From contig OZ024742.1 of assembly GCA_964016885.1 (NCBI GenBank), positions 16,492,001-16,556,000 on the forward strand: 64,000 nucleotides of DNA. Reading direction: 5' to 3'. This document shows, in pieces, positions 27,701-42,200 of this stretch. Source of the DNA: Eledone cirrhosa (Eukaryota). The translations under genes and the position numbers were made by a program. Numbering within the stretch: the stretch's first letter is position 1; the number at the start of each line of letters is the position of its first letter. The notes below the pieces were generated by a model. That model had not been told where the DNA came from. It was given only the letters and a program-made list of their open reading frames with translations, and ran no database searches.

Positions 27701-30700
27701 GTAGTGACAGTGATGTTGACAACTGTAGTATTAACAATGATGGTAGTAACAGTGATGTTGACACCCAACTGTAATATTAACAATGATGGTAGTGACAGTA
27801 ATGTTAAGAACTGTAGTATTAACAATGATGGTAGTGACAGTGATGTTGACAACGGTAGTATTAACAATAATGGTAGTGACAGTGATGTTGACAACTGTAA
27901 TATTAACAATGATGGTAGTGACAGTGATGTTGACAACTGTAGTATTAACAATGATGATATTGCCAGTGATGTTGACAACTGTAATATTAACAATGATGGT
28001 AGTGACAGTGATGTTGACAACTGTAATATTAACAATGATGGTAGTGACAGTGATGTTGACAACTGTAATATTAACAATGATGGTAGTAACAGTGATGGTG
28101 ACAACTGTAGTATTAACCATGATGATATTGCCAGTGATGTTGACAACTGTAATATTAACAATGATGGTAGTGACAGTGATGTTGACAACTGTAATATTAA
28201 CAATGATGGTAGTGACAGTGATGTTGACAACTGTAATATTAACAATGATGGTAGTAACAGTGATGGTGACAACTGTAGTATTAACAATGATGATATTGCC
28301 AGTGATGTTGACAACTGTAGTATTAACAATCATGGTAGTGACAGTGATTTTGAGAACTGTAGTATTAACAATGATGGCAGTGACAGTGATGTTGACAACT
28401 GTAGTATTAACAATGATGGTAATGACTGTGATGTTGACAACTGGAGTATTAACAATGATGGTAGTAACAGTGATGTTGACAACTGTAGTATTAACAATGA
28501 TGGTAGTGACAGTGATGTTGACAACTGTAATATTAACAATGATGGTAGTAACAGTGATGTTGACAACTGTAGTATTAACAATGATGGTAGTGACAGTGAT
28601 GTTGACAACTGTAATATTAACAATGATGGTAGTAACAGTGATGTTGACAACTGTAGTATTAACAATGATGGTAATGACTGTGATGTTGACAACTGTAATA
28701 TTAACAATGATGGTAGTAACAGTGATGTTGACAACTGTAGTATTAACAATGATGGTAATGACTGTGATGTTGACAACTGTAATATTAACAATGATGGTAG
28801 TAACAGTGATGGTGACAACTGTAGTATTAACAATGATGGTAGTAACAGTGATGTTGACACCCAACTGTAATATTAACAATGATGGTAGTGACAGTAATGT
28901 TAAGAACTTTAGTATTAACAATGATGGTAGTGACAGTGATGTTGACAACTGTAGTATTAACAATGATGGTAATGACTGTGATGTTGACAACTGTAATATT
29001 AACAATGATGGTAGTGACAGTGATGTTGACAACTGTAGTATTAACAATGATGGTAGTAACAGTGATGTTGACACCCAACTGTAATATTAACAATGATGGC
29101 AGTGACAGTAATGTTAAGAACTGTAGTATTAACAATGATGGTAGTGACAGTGATGTTGACAACGGTAGTATTAACAATAATGGTAGTGACAGTGATGTTG
29201 ACAACTGTAATATTAACAATGATGGTAGTGACAGTGATGTTGACAACTGTAGTATTAACAATGATGATATTGCCAGTGATGTTGACAACTGTAATATTAA
29301 CAATGATGGTAGTGACAGTGATGTTGACAACTGTAATATTAACAATGATGGTAGTGACAGTGATGTTGACAACTGTAATATTAACAATGATGGTAGTGAC
29401 AGTGATGTTGACAACTGTAATATTAACAATGATGGTAGTGACAGTGATGTTGACAACTGTAATATTAACAATGATGGTAGTAACAGTGATGGTGACAACT
29501 GTAGTATTAACAATGATGATATAGCCAGTGATGTTGACAACTGTAATATTAACAATGATGGTAGTGACAGTGATGTTGACAACTGTAATATTAACAATGA
29601 TGGTAGTAACAGTGATGGTGACAACTGTAGTATTAACAATGATGATATAGCCAGTGATGTTGACAACTGTAATATTAACAATGATGGTAGTGACAGTGAT
29701 GTTGACAACTGTAATATTAACAATGATGCTAGTAACAGTGATGGTGACAACTGTAGTATTAACAATGATGATATTGCCAGTGATGTTGACAACTGTAATA
29801 TTAACAATGATGGTAGTGACAGTGATGTTGACAACTGTAATATTAACAATGATGGTAGTGACAGTGATGTTGACAACTGTAATATTAACAATGATGGTAG
29901 TAACAGTGATGGTGACAACTGTAGTATTAACAATGATGATATTGCCAGTGATGTTGACAACTGTAATATTAACAATGATGGTAGTGACAGTGATGTTGAC
30001 AACTGTAATATTAACAATGATGGTAGTGACAGTGATGTTGACAACTGGAGTATTAACAATGATGGTAGTGACAGTGATGTTGACAACTGTAGTATTAACA
30101 ATGATGGTAGTGACAGTGATTTTGAGAACTGTAGTATTAACAATGATGGTAGTGACAGTGATGTTGACAACTGTAGTATTAACAATGATGGTAGTGACAG
30201 TGATGTTGACAACTGGAGTATTAACAATGATGGTAATGACTGTGATGTTGACAACTGGAGTATTAACAATGATGGTAGTAACAGTGATGTTGACAACTGT
30301 AGTATTAACAATGATGGTAGTGACAGTGATGTTGACAACTGTAATATTAACAATGATGGTAGTAACAGTGATGTTGACAACTGTAGTATTAACAATGATG
30401 GTAGTGACAGTGATGTTGACAACTGTAATATTAACAATGATGGTAGTAACAGTGATGTTGACAACTGTAGTATTAACAATGATGGTAATGACTGTGATGT
30501 TGACAACTGTAATATTAACAATGATGGTAGTAACAGTGATGGTGACAACTGTAGTATTAACAATGATGGTAGTGACATTGATGTTGACAACTGTAGTATT
30601 AACGATGATGGTAGTGACAGTGATGTTGACAACTGTAATATTAACAATGATGATAGTAACAGTGATGTTGACAACTGTAGTATTAACAATGATGATATTG

Positions 30701-33229
30701 ACAGTGATGTTGACAACTCAAATATTAACAATGATGGTAGTAACAGTGATGTTGACAGCTGTAGTATTAACAATGATGGTAGTGACAGTGATGTTGACAA
30801 CTGTAATATTAAAAATGATGGTAGTAACAGTGATGTTGACAACTGGAGTATTAACAATGATGATATTGACAGTGATGTTGACAACCGTAATATTAACAAT
30901 GATGGTAGTAACAGTGATGTTGACAACTGTAGTATTAACAATGATGGTAGTGACAGTGATGTTGACAACTGTAGTATTAACAATGATGGTAGTGACAGTG
31001 ATGATGACAACCAACTGTAATATTAACAATGATGGTAGTGACAGTGATGTTGACAACTGTAGTATTAACAATAATGGTAGTAACAGTGATGTTGACAACT
31101 GTAGTATTAACAATGATGGTATTGACAGTGATGTTGACAACTGTAGTATTAACAATGATGGTAGTAACAGTGATGTTGATAACTGTAGTATTAACAATGA
31201 TGGTAGTGACAGTGATGTTGACGACTGTAGTATTAACAATGATGGTAGTAACAGTGATGTTGACAACTGTAGTATTAACAATGATGGTAGCGACAGTGAT
31301 GTTGACAACTGTAGTATTAACAATGATGGTAGTGAGAGTGATGTTGACAACTGTAATATTAACAATGATGGTTGTGACAGTGATGTTGACAACTGTAGTA
31401 TTAACAATGATGATATTGACAGTGATGTTGACAACTGTAGTATTAACAATGATGGTAGTAACAGTGATGTTGACAACTGTAATATTAACAATGATGATAG
31501 TAACAGTGATGTAGACAACTGTAGTATTAACAATGATGATATTGACAGTGATGTTGACAACTGAAATATTAACAATGTTGGTAGTAACAGTGATGTTGAC
31601 AACTGTAGTATTTACAATGATGGTAGTGACAGTGATGTTGACAACTGTAATATTAAAAATGATGGTAGTAACAGTGATGTTGACAACTGGAGTATTAACA
31701 ATGATGATATTGACAGTGATGTTAACAACTGTAATATTAACAATGATGGTAGTAACAGTGATGTTGACAACTGTAGTATTAACAATGATGGTAGTGACAG
31801 TGATGTTGACAACTGTAGTATTAACAATGATGGTAGTAACAGTGATGTTGACACCCAACTGTAATATTAACAATGATGGTAGTGACAGTAATGTTAAGAA
31901 CTGTAGTATTAACAATGATGGTAGTGACAGTGATGTTGACAACGGTAGTATTAACAATAATGGTAGTGACAGTGATGTTGACAACTGTAGTATTAACAAT
32001 GATGGTAGAGACAGTGATGTTGACAAGTGTAATATTAACAATGATGGTAGTAACAGTGATGTTGACAACTGGAGTATTAACAATGATGATATTGACAGTG
32101 ATGTTGACAACTGTAATATTAACAATGATGGTAGTAACAGTGATGTTGACAACTGTAGTATTAACAATGATGGTAGTAACAGTGATGTTGACAACTGTAG
32201 TATTAACAATGATGGTAGTATCAGTTATGTTGACAACTGTAATATTAACAATGATGGTAGTAACAGTGATGTTGACAACTGTAGTATTAACAATGATGGT
32301 AGTAACAGTGATGTTGACAACTGTAGTATTAACAATGATGGTAGTGACAGTGATGTTGACAACTGTAGTATTAACAATGATGGTAGTGACAGTGATGTTG
32401 ACAACTGTAATATTAACAATGATGGTAGTAACAGTGATGTTGACAACTGTAATATATACAATGATGGTAGTGACAGTGATGTTGACAACTGTAATATTAA
32501 CAATGATGGTAGTGTCAGTGATGTTGACAACTGTAATATTAACAATGATGGTATAGTGACAGTGATGTTGACAACTGTAGTATTAACAATGATGATATTG
32601 CCAGTGATGTTGACAACTGTAATATTAACAATGATGGTAGTGACAGTGATGTTGACAACTGTAATATTAACAATGATGGTAGTGACAGTGATGTTGACAA
32701 CTGTAATATTAACAATGATGGTAGTGACAGTGATGTTGACAACTGTAATATTAACAATGATGGTAGTGACAGTTATGTTGACAACTGTAATATTAACAAT
32801 GATGGTAGTAACAGTGATGGTGACAACTGTAGTATTAACAATGATGATATTGCCAGTGATGTTGACAACTGTAATATTAACAATGATGGTAGTAACAGTG
32901 ATGTTGACAACTGTAGTATTAACAATGATGGTAGTGACAGTGATGTTGACAACTGTAGTATTAACAATGATGCTAGTAACATTGATGTTGACAACCAACT
33001 GTAATATTAACAATGATGGTAGTGACAGTGATGTTGACAACTGTAGTATTAACAATGCTGGTAGTGACAGTGATGTTGACAACTGTAGTATTAACAATGA
33101 TGGTAGTGACAGTGATGTTGACAAATGTAGTATTAACGATGATGGTAGTGACAGTGATGTTGACAACTGTGGTATTAACAATAATGGTAGTGATAGTGAT
33201 GTTGACAACTGTAGTATTAACAATGATGG

Positions 33230-36200
33230 TGTGTGACAGTGATGTTGACAACTGTAATATTAACAATGATGGTAGTAACAGTGATGTTGACAACTGTAGT
33301 ATTAACAATAATGGTAGTGACAGTGATGTTGACAACTGTAGTATTAACAATGATGGTAGTGACAGTGATGTTGAAAACTGTAATATTAACAATGATGGTA
33401 GTAACAGTGATGTTGACAACTGGAGTATTAACAATGATGATATTGACAGTGATGTTGACAACTGTAATATTAACAATGATGGTAGTAACAGTGATGTTGA
33501 CAACTGTAGTATTAACAATGATGGTAGTGACAGTGATGTTGACAACTGTACTATTAACAATGATGGTAGTAACATTGATGTTGACAACTGTAATATTAAC
33601 AATGATGGTAGTGACAGTGATGTTGACAACTCTAATATTAACAATGATGGTGGTAACAGTGATGTTGACAACTGTAGTATTAACAATGATGGTAGTGACA
33701 GTGATGTTGACAACTTTATTATTAACAATGATGGTAGTGACAGTGATGTTGACAACTGTAATATTAACAATGATGGTAGTGACAGTGATGTTGACAACTG
33801 TAATATTAACAATGATGGTAGTGACAGTGATGTTGACAACTGTAATATTAACAATGATGGTAGTAACAATGATGTTGACAACTAGTATTAACAATGATGA
33901 TAGTGATAGTGATGTTGACAACTGTAGTATTAACGATGCTGGTAGTAACAGTGATGTTGACATCTGCAATATTAACAATGATGGTAGTGACAGTGATGTT
34001 GACAACTGTAGTATTAACAATGATGGTAGTGACAGTGATGTTGACAACTGTAGTATTAACAATGATGGTAGTGACAGTGATGTTGACAACTGTAATATTA
34101 ACAATGATGGTAGTAACAGTGCTGTTGACAACTGTAGTATTAACAATGATGATATTGCCAGTGATGTTGACAACTGTAATATTAACAATGATGGTAGTAA
34201 CAGTGATGTTGACAACTGGAGTATTAACAATGATGATATTGACAGTGATGTTGACAACTGTAATATTAACAATGATGGTAGTAACAGTGATGTTGACAAC
34301 TGTAGTATTAACGATGCTGGTAGTAACAGTGATGTTGACATCTGCAATATTAACAATGATGGTAGTGACAGTGATGTTGACAACTGTAGTATTAACAATG
34401 ATGGTAGTAACAGTGATGTTGACAACTGTAGTATTAACAATGATGGTAGTGACAGTGATGTTGACAACTGTAATATTAACAATGATGGTAGTGACAGTGA
34501 TGTTGACAACTGTAGTATTAACGATGATGGTAGTGACATTGATGTTGACAACTGTAGTATTAACAATGATGGTAGTGACAGTGATGTTGACAACTGTGGT
34601 ATTAACAATAATGGTAGTGATAGTGATGTTGACAACTGTAGTATTAACAATGATGGTGTGTGACAGTGATGTTGACAACTGTAATATTAACAATGATGGT
34701 AGTAACAGTGATGTTGACAACTGTAGTATTAACAATAATGGTAGTGACAGTGATGTTGAGAACTGTAGTATTAACAATGATGGTAGTGACAGTGATGTTG
34801 ACAACTGTAATATTAACAATGATGGTAGTGACAGTGATGTTGACAACTGTAATATTAACAATGATGGTAGTAACAGTGATGTTGACAACTGTAGTATTAA
34901 CAATGATGATAGTGACAGTGATGTTGACAACTGTAATATTAACAATGCTGGTAGTAACAGTGATGTTGACATCTGCAATATTAACAATGATGGTAGTGAC
35001 AGTGATGTTGACAACTGTAGTATTAACAATGATGGTAGTGACAGTGATGTTGACAACTGTAGTATTAACAATGATGGTAGTGACAGTGATGTTGACAACT
35101 GTAATATTAACAATGATGGTAGTAACAGTGATGTTGACAACTGTAGTATTAACAATGATGATATTGCCAGTGATGTTGACAACTGTAATATTAACAATGA
35201 TGGTAGTGACAGTGATGTTGACATCTGCAATATTAACAATGATGGTAGTAACAGTGATGTTGACAACTGTAGTATTAAAAATGATGGTAGTGACAGTGAT
35301 GTTGACAACTGTAGTTTTAACAATGATGGTAGTAACATTGATGTTGACAACTGTAATATTAACAATGATGGTAGTGACAATGATGTTGACAACTGTAATA
35401 TTAACAATGATGGTAGTAACAGTGATGTTGACAACTTTAGTATTAACAATGATGGTAGTGACAGTGATGTTGACAACTGTAGTATTAACAATGATGGTAG
35501 TAACAGTGATGTTGACAACTGTAATATTAACAATGATGGTAGTGACAATGATGTTGACAACTGTAATATTAACAATGATGGTAGTAACAGTGATGTTGAC
35601 AACTGGAGTATTAACAATGATGGTAGTGACAGTGATGTTAACAACTGTAGTATTAACAATGATGGTAGTGACATTTATGTTGACAACTGTAATAGTAACA
35701 ATGATGGTAGTGACAGTGATGTTGACAACTGTAGTATTAACAATGATGGTAGTGAGAGTGATGTTGACAACTGTAATATTAACAATGATGGTAGTGACAG
35801 TGATGTTGACAACTGTAGTATTAACAATGATGATATTGACAGTGATGTTGACAACTGTAGTATTAACAATGCTGGTAGTAACAGTGATGTTGACATCTAC
35901 AATATTAACAAAGATGGTAGTGACAGTGATGTTGACAACTGTAGTATTAACAATGCTAGTAGTAACAGTGATGTTGACATCTGCAATATTAACAATGATG
36001 GTAGTGACAGTGATGTTGACAACTGGAGTATTAACAATGATGGTAGTAACAGTGATGTTGACAACTGTAGTATTAACAATGATGGTAGTAACAGTGATGT
36101 TGACAACTGTAATATTAACAATGATGGTAGTAACAGTGATGTTGACAACTGTAGTATTAACAATGATGGTAGTGACAGTGATTTTGAGAACTGTAGTATT

Positions 36201-39200
36201 AACAATGATGGTAGTGACAGTGATGTTGACAACTGTAGTATTAACAATGATGGTAATGACTGTGATGTTGACAACTGGAGTATTAACAATGATGGTAGTA
36301 ACAGTGATGTTGACAACTGTAGTATTAACAATGATGGTAATGACTGTGATGTTGACAACTTTAGTATTAACAATGATGGTAGTAACAGTGATGTTGACAA
36401 CTGTAGTATTAACAATGATGGTAGTGACAGTGATGTTGACAACTGTAGTATTAACAATGACGGTAGTAACAGTGATGTTGACAACTGTAGTATTAACAAT
36501 GATGGTAGTATCAGTTATGTTGACAACTGTAATATTAACAATGATGGTAGTAACAGTGATGTTGACAACTGTAGTATTAACAATGATGGTAGTAACAGTG
36601 ATGTTGACAACTGTAGTATTAACAATGATGGTAGTGACAGTGATGTTGACAACTGTAGTATTAACAATGATGGTAGTGACAGTGATGTTGACAACTGTAA
36701 TATTAACAATGATGGTAGTAACAGTGATGTTGACAACTGTAATATATACAATGATGGTAGTGACAGTGATGTTGACAACTGTAATATTAACAATGATGGT
36801 AGTGTCAGTGATGTTGACAACTGTAGTATTAACAATGATGGTAGTGACAGTGATGTTGACATCTGCAATATTAACAATGATGGTAGTGACAGTGATGTTG
36901 ACAACTGTAGTATTAACAATGATGATATTGCCAGTGATGTTGACAACTGTAATATTAACAATGATGGTAGTGACAGTGATGTTGACATCTGCAATATTAA
37001 CAATGATGGTAGTGACAGTGATGTTGACAACTGTAGTATTAACAATGATGATATTGCCAGTGATGTTGACAACTGTAATATTAACAATGATGGTAGTGAC
37101 AGTGATGTTGACATCTGCAATATTAACAATGATGGTAGTGACAGTGATGTTGACAACTGTAGTATTAACAATGATGGTAGTGACAGTTATGTTGACAACT
37201 GTAATATTAACAATGATGGTAGTAACAGTGATGTTGACAACTGTAATATTAACAATGATGGTAGTAACAGTGATGTTGACATCTGCAATATTAACAATGA
37301 TGGTAGTGACAGTGATGTTGACAACTGTAGTATTAACGATGATGGTAGTGACAGTGATGTTGACAACTGTAGTATTAACAATGATGGTAATGACTGTGAT
37401 GTTGACAACTGGAGTATTAACAATGATGGTAGTAACAGTGATGTTGACAACTGTAGTATTAACAATGATGGTAATGACTGTGATGTTGACAACTTTAGTA
37501 TTAACAATGATGGTAGTAACAGTGATGTTGACAACTGTAGTATTAACAATGATGGTAGTGACAGTGATGTTGACAACTGTAGTATTAACAATGATGGTAG
37601 TAACAGTGATGTTGACAACTGTAGTATTAACAATGATGGTAGTATCAGTTATGTTGACAACTGTAATATTAACAATGATGGTAGTAACAGTGATGTTGAC
37701 AACTGTAATATTAACAATGATGGTAGTAACAGTGATGTTGACAACTGTAATATTAACAATGATGGTAGTAACAGTGATGGTGACAACTGTAGTATTAACA
37801 ATGATGGTAGTGACAGTGATGGTGACAACTGTAGTATTAACAATGATGGTAGTAACAGTGATGTTGACAACTGTAATATTAACAATGATGGTAGTAACAG
37901 TGATGGTGACAACTGTAGTATTAACAATGATGATATTGCCAGTGATGTTGACAACTGTAATATTAACAATGATGGTAGTAACAGTGATGTTGACAACTGT
38001 AGTATTAACAATGATGGTAGTGACAGTGATGTTGACAACTGTGGTATTAACAATAATGGTAGTGATAGTGATGTTGACAACTGTAGTATTAACAATGATG
38101 GTGTGTGACAGTGATGTTGACAACTGTAATATTAACAATGATGGTAGTAACAGTGATGTTGACAACTGTAGTATTAACAATAATGGTAGTGACAGTGATG
38201 TTGACAACTGTAGTATTAACAATGATGGTAGTGACAGTGATGTTGAAAACTGTAATATTAACAATGATGGTAGTAACAGTGATGTTGACAACTGGAGTAT
38301 TAACAATGATGATATTGACAGTGATGTTGACAACTGTAATATTAACAATGATGGTAGTAACAGTGATGTTGACAACTGTAGTATTAACAATGATGGTAGT
38401 GACAGTGATGTTGACAACTGTACTATTAACAATGATGGTAGTAACATTGATGTTGACAACTGTAATATTAACAATGATGGTAGTGACAGTGATGTTGACA
38501 ACTCTAATATTAACAATGATGGTGGTAACAGTGATGTTGACAACTGTAGTATTAACAATGATGGTAGTGACAGTGATGTTGACAACTTTATTATTAACAA
38601 TGATGGTAGTGACAGTGATGTTGACAACTGGAATATTAACAATGATGGTAGTGACAGTGATGTTGACAACTGTAATATTAACAATGATGGTAGTAACAAT
38701 GATGTTGACAACTAGTATTAACAATGATGATAGTGATAGTGATGTTGACAACTGTAGTATTAACGATGCTGGTAGTAACAGTGATGTTGACATCTGCAAT
38801 ATTAACAATGATGGTAGTGACAGTGATGTTGACAACTGTAGTATTAACAATGATGGTAGTGACAGTGATGTTGACAACTGTAGTATTAACAATGATGGTA
38901 GTGACAGTGATGTTGACAACTGTAATATTAACAATGATGGTAGTAACAGTGCTGTTGACAACTGTAGTATTAACAATGATGATATTGCCAGTGATGTTGA
39001 CAACTGTAATATTAACAATGATGGTAGTAACAGTGATGTTGACAACTGGTGTATTAACAATGATGATATTGAAAGTGATGTTGACAACTGTAATATTAAC
39101 AATGATGGTAGTAACAGTGATGTTGACAACTGTAGTATTAACGATGCTGGTAGTAACAGTGATGTTGACATCTGCAATATTAACAATGATGGTAGTGACA

Positions 39201-42200
39201 GTGATGTTGACAACTGTAGTATTAACAATGATGGTAGTAACAGTGATGTTGACAACTGTAGTATTAACAATGATGGTAGTGACAGTGATGTTGACAACTG
39301 TAATATTAACAATGATGGTAGTGACAGTGATGTTGACAACTGTAGTATTAACGATGATGGTAGTGACAGTGATGTTGACAACTGTAGTATTAACAATGAT
39401 GGTAGTGACAGTGATGTTGACAACTGTGGTATTAACAATAATGGTAGTGATAGTGATGTTGACAACTGTAGTATTAACAATGATGGTGTGTGACAGTGAT
39501 GTTGACAACTGTAATATTAACAATGATGGTAGTAACAGTGATGTTGACAACTGTAGTATTAACAATAATGGTAGTGACAGTGATGTTGAGAACTGTAGTA
39601 TTAACAATGATGGTAGTGACAGTGATGTTGACAACTGTAATATTAACAATGATGGTAGTGACAGTGATGTTGACAACTGTAATATTAACAATGATGGTAG
39701 TAACAGTGATGTTGACAACTGTAGTATTAACAATGATGATAGTGACAGTGATGTTGACAACTGTAGTATTAACAATGCTGGTAGTAACAGTGATGTTGAC
39801 ATCTGCAATATTAACAATGATGGTAGTGACAGTGATGTTGACAACTGTAGTATTAACAATGATGGTAGTGACAGTGATGTTGACAACTGTAGTATTAACA
39901 ATGATGGTAGTGACAGTGATGTTGACAACTGTAATATTAACAATGATGGTAGTAACAGTGATGTTGACAACTGTAGTATTAACAATGATGATATTGCCAG
40001 TGATGTTGACAACTGTAATATTAACAATGATGGTAGTGACAGTGATGTTGACAACTGTAATATTAACAATGATGGTAGTGACAGTGATGTTGACAACTGT
40101 AATATTAACAATGATGGTAGTAACAATGATGTTGACAACTAGAATTAACAATGATGATAGTGATAGTGATGTTGACAACTGTAGTATTAACGATGCTGGT
40201 AGTAACAGTGATGTTGACATCTGCAATATTAACAATGATGGTAGTGACAGTGATGTTGACAACTGTAGTATTAACAATGATGGTAGTGACAGTGATGTTG
40301 ACAACTGTAGTATTAACAATGATGGTAGTGACAGTGATGTTGACAACTGTAATATTAACAATGATGGTAGTAACAGTGCTGTTGACAACTGTAGTATTAA
40401 CAATGATGATATTGCCAGTGATGTTGACAACTGTAATATTAACAATGATGGTAGTAACAGTGATGTTGACAACTGGAGTATTAACAATGATGATATTGAC
40501 AGTGATGTTGACAACTGTAATATTAACAATGATGGTAGTAACAGTGATGTTGACAACTGTAGTATTAACGATGCTGGTAGTAACAGTGATGTTGACATCT
40601 GCAATATTAACAATGATGGTAGTGACAGTGATGTTGACAACTGTAGTATTAACAATGATGGTAGTAACAGTGATGTTGACAACTGTAGTATTAACAATGA
40701 TGGTAGTGACAGTGATGTTGACAACTGTAATATTAACAATGATGGTAGTGACAGTGATGTTGACAACTGTAGTATTAACGATGATGGTAGTGACAGTGAT
40801 GTTGACAACTGTAGTATTAACAATGATGGTAGTGACAGTGATGTTGACAACTGTGGTATTAACAATAATGGTAGTGATAGTGATGTTGACAACTGTAGTA
40901 TTAACAATGATGGTGTGTGACAGTGATGTTGACAACTGTAATATTAACAATGATGGTAGTAACAGTGATGTTGACAACTGTAGTATTAACAATAATGGTA
41001 GTGACAGTGATGTTGAGAACTGTAGTATTAACAATGATGGTAGTGACAGTGATGTTGACAACTGTAATATTAACAATGATGGTAGTGACAGTGATGTTGA
41101 CAACTGTAATATTAACAATGATGGTAGTAACAGGGATGTTGACAACTGTAGTATTAACAATGATGATAGTGACAGTGATGTTGACAACTGTAGTATTAAC
41201 AATGCTGGTAGTAACAGTGATGTTGACATCTGCAATATTAACAATGATGGTAGTGACAGTGATGTTGACAACTGTAGTATTAACAATGATGGTAGTGACA
41301 GTGATGTTGACAACTGTAGTATTAACAATGATGGTAGTGACAGTGATGTTGACAACTGTAATATTAACAATGATGGTAGTAACAGTGATGTTGACAACTG
41401 TAGTATTAACAATGATGATATTGCCAGTGATGTTGACAACTGTAATATTAACAATGATGGTAGTGACAGTGATGTTGACATCTGCAATATTAACAATGAT
41501 GGTAGTAACAGTGATGTTGACAACTGTAGTATTAAAAATAATGGTAGTGACATTGATGTTGACAACTGTAGTATTAAAAATGATGGTAGTAACAGTGATG
41601 TTGACAACTGTAATATTAACAATGATGGTAGTGACAGTGATGTTGACAACTGTACTATTAACAATGATGGTAGTGACAGTGATGTTGACAACTGTAGTAT
41701 TAACAATGCTGGTAGTAACAGTGATGTTGACATCTGCAATATTAACAATGATTGTAGTGACAGTGATGTTGACAACTGTAGTATTAACAATGATGGTAGT
41801 AACATTGATGTTGACAACTGTAATATTAACAATGATGGTAGTGACAATGATGTTGACAACTGTAATATTAACAATGATGGTAGTAACAGTGATGTTGACA
41901 ACTTTAGTATTAACAATGATGGTAGTGACAGTGATGTTGACAACTGTAGTATTAACAATGATGGTAGTAACAGTGATGTTGACAACTGTAATATTAACAA
42001 TGATGGTAGTGACAATGATGTTGACAACTGTAATATTAACAATGATGGTAGTAACAGTGATGTTGACAACTGGAGTATTAACAATGATGGTAGTGACAGT
42101 GATGTTAACAACTGTAGTATTAACAATGATGGTAGTGACATTTATGTTGACAACTGTAATAGTAACAATGATGGTAGTGACAGTGATGTTGACAACTGTA

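Larger units (their letters stand above)
5707..31020. repeat. Higher-order repeat domain with ~6.1-6.9 kb period
   Basis: An identical 133-aa ORF signature (variants agtgtt, gaaaacttt, gtagac) starts at 5715, 11821, 18097 and 24961 (spacings 6106, 6276, 6864). A second signature block starts at 7735, 13883, 20075, 26939 and 31029. Confidence 0.88.

Noticed and set aside
8260-31570. A single giant D/N/S-rich repeat protein (DGSDSDVDNCSINN)n or its pseudogene
   Set aside because: This frame has amplified TGA stops (~8268, 14416, 20482, 27472, 31562) and ~55 frameshifting indels. Common variants are non-synonymous while third positions barely vary, which is the opposite of purifying selection. 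A coding ancestry cannot be excluded but is unsupported.
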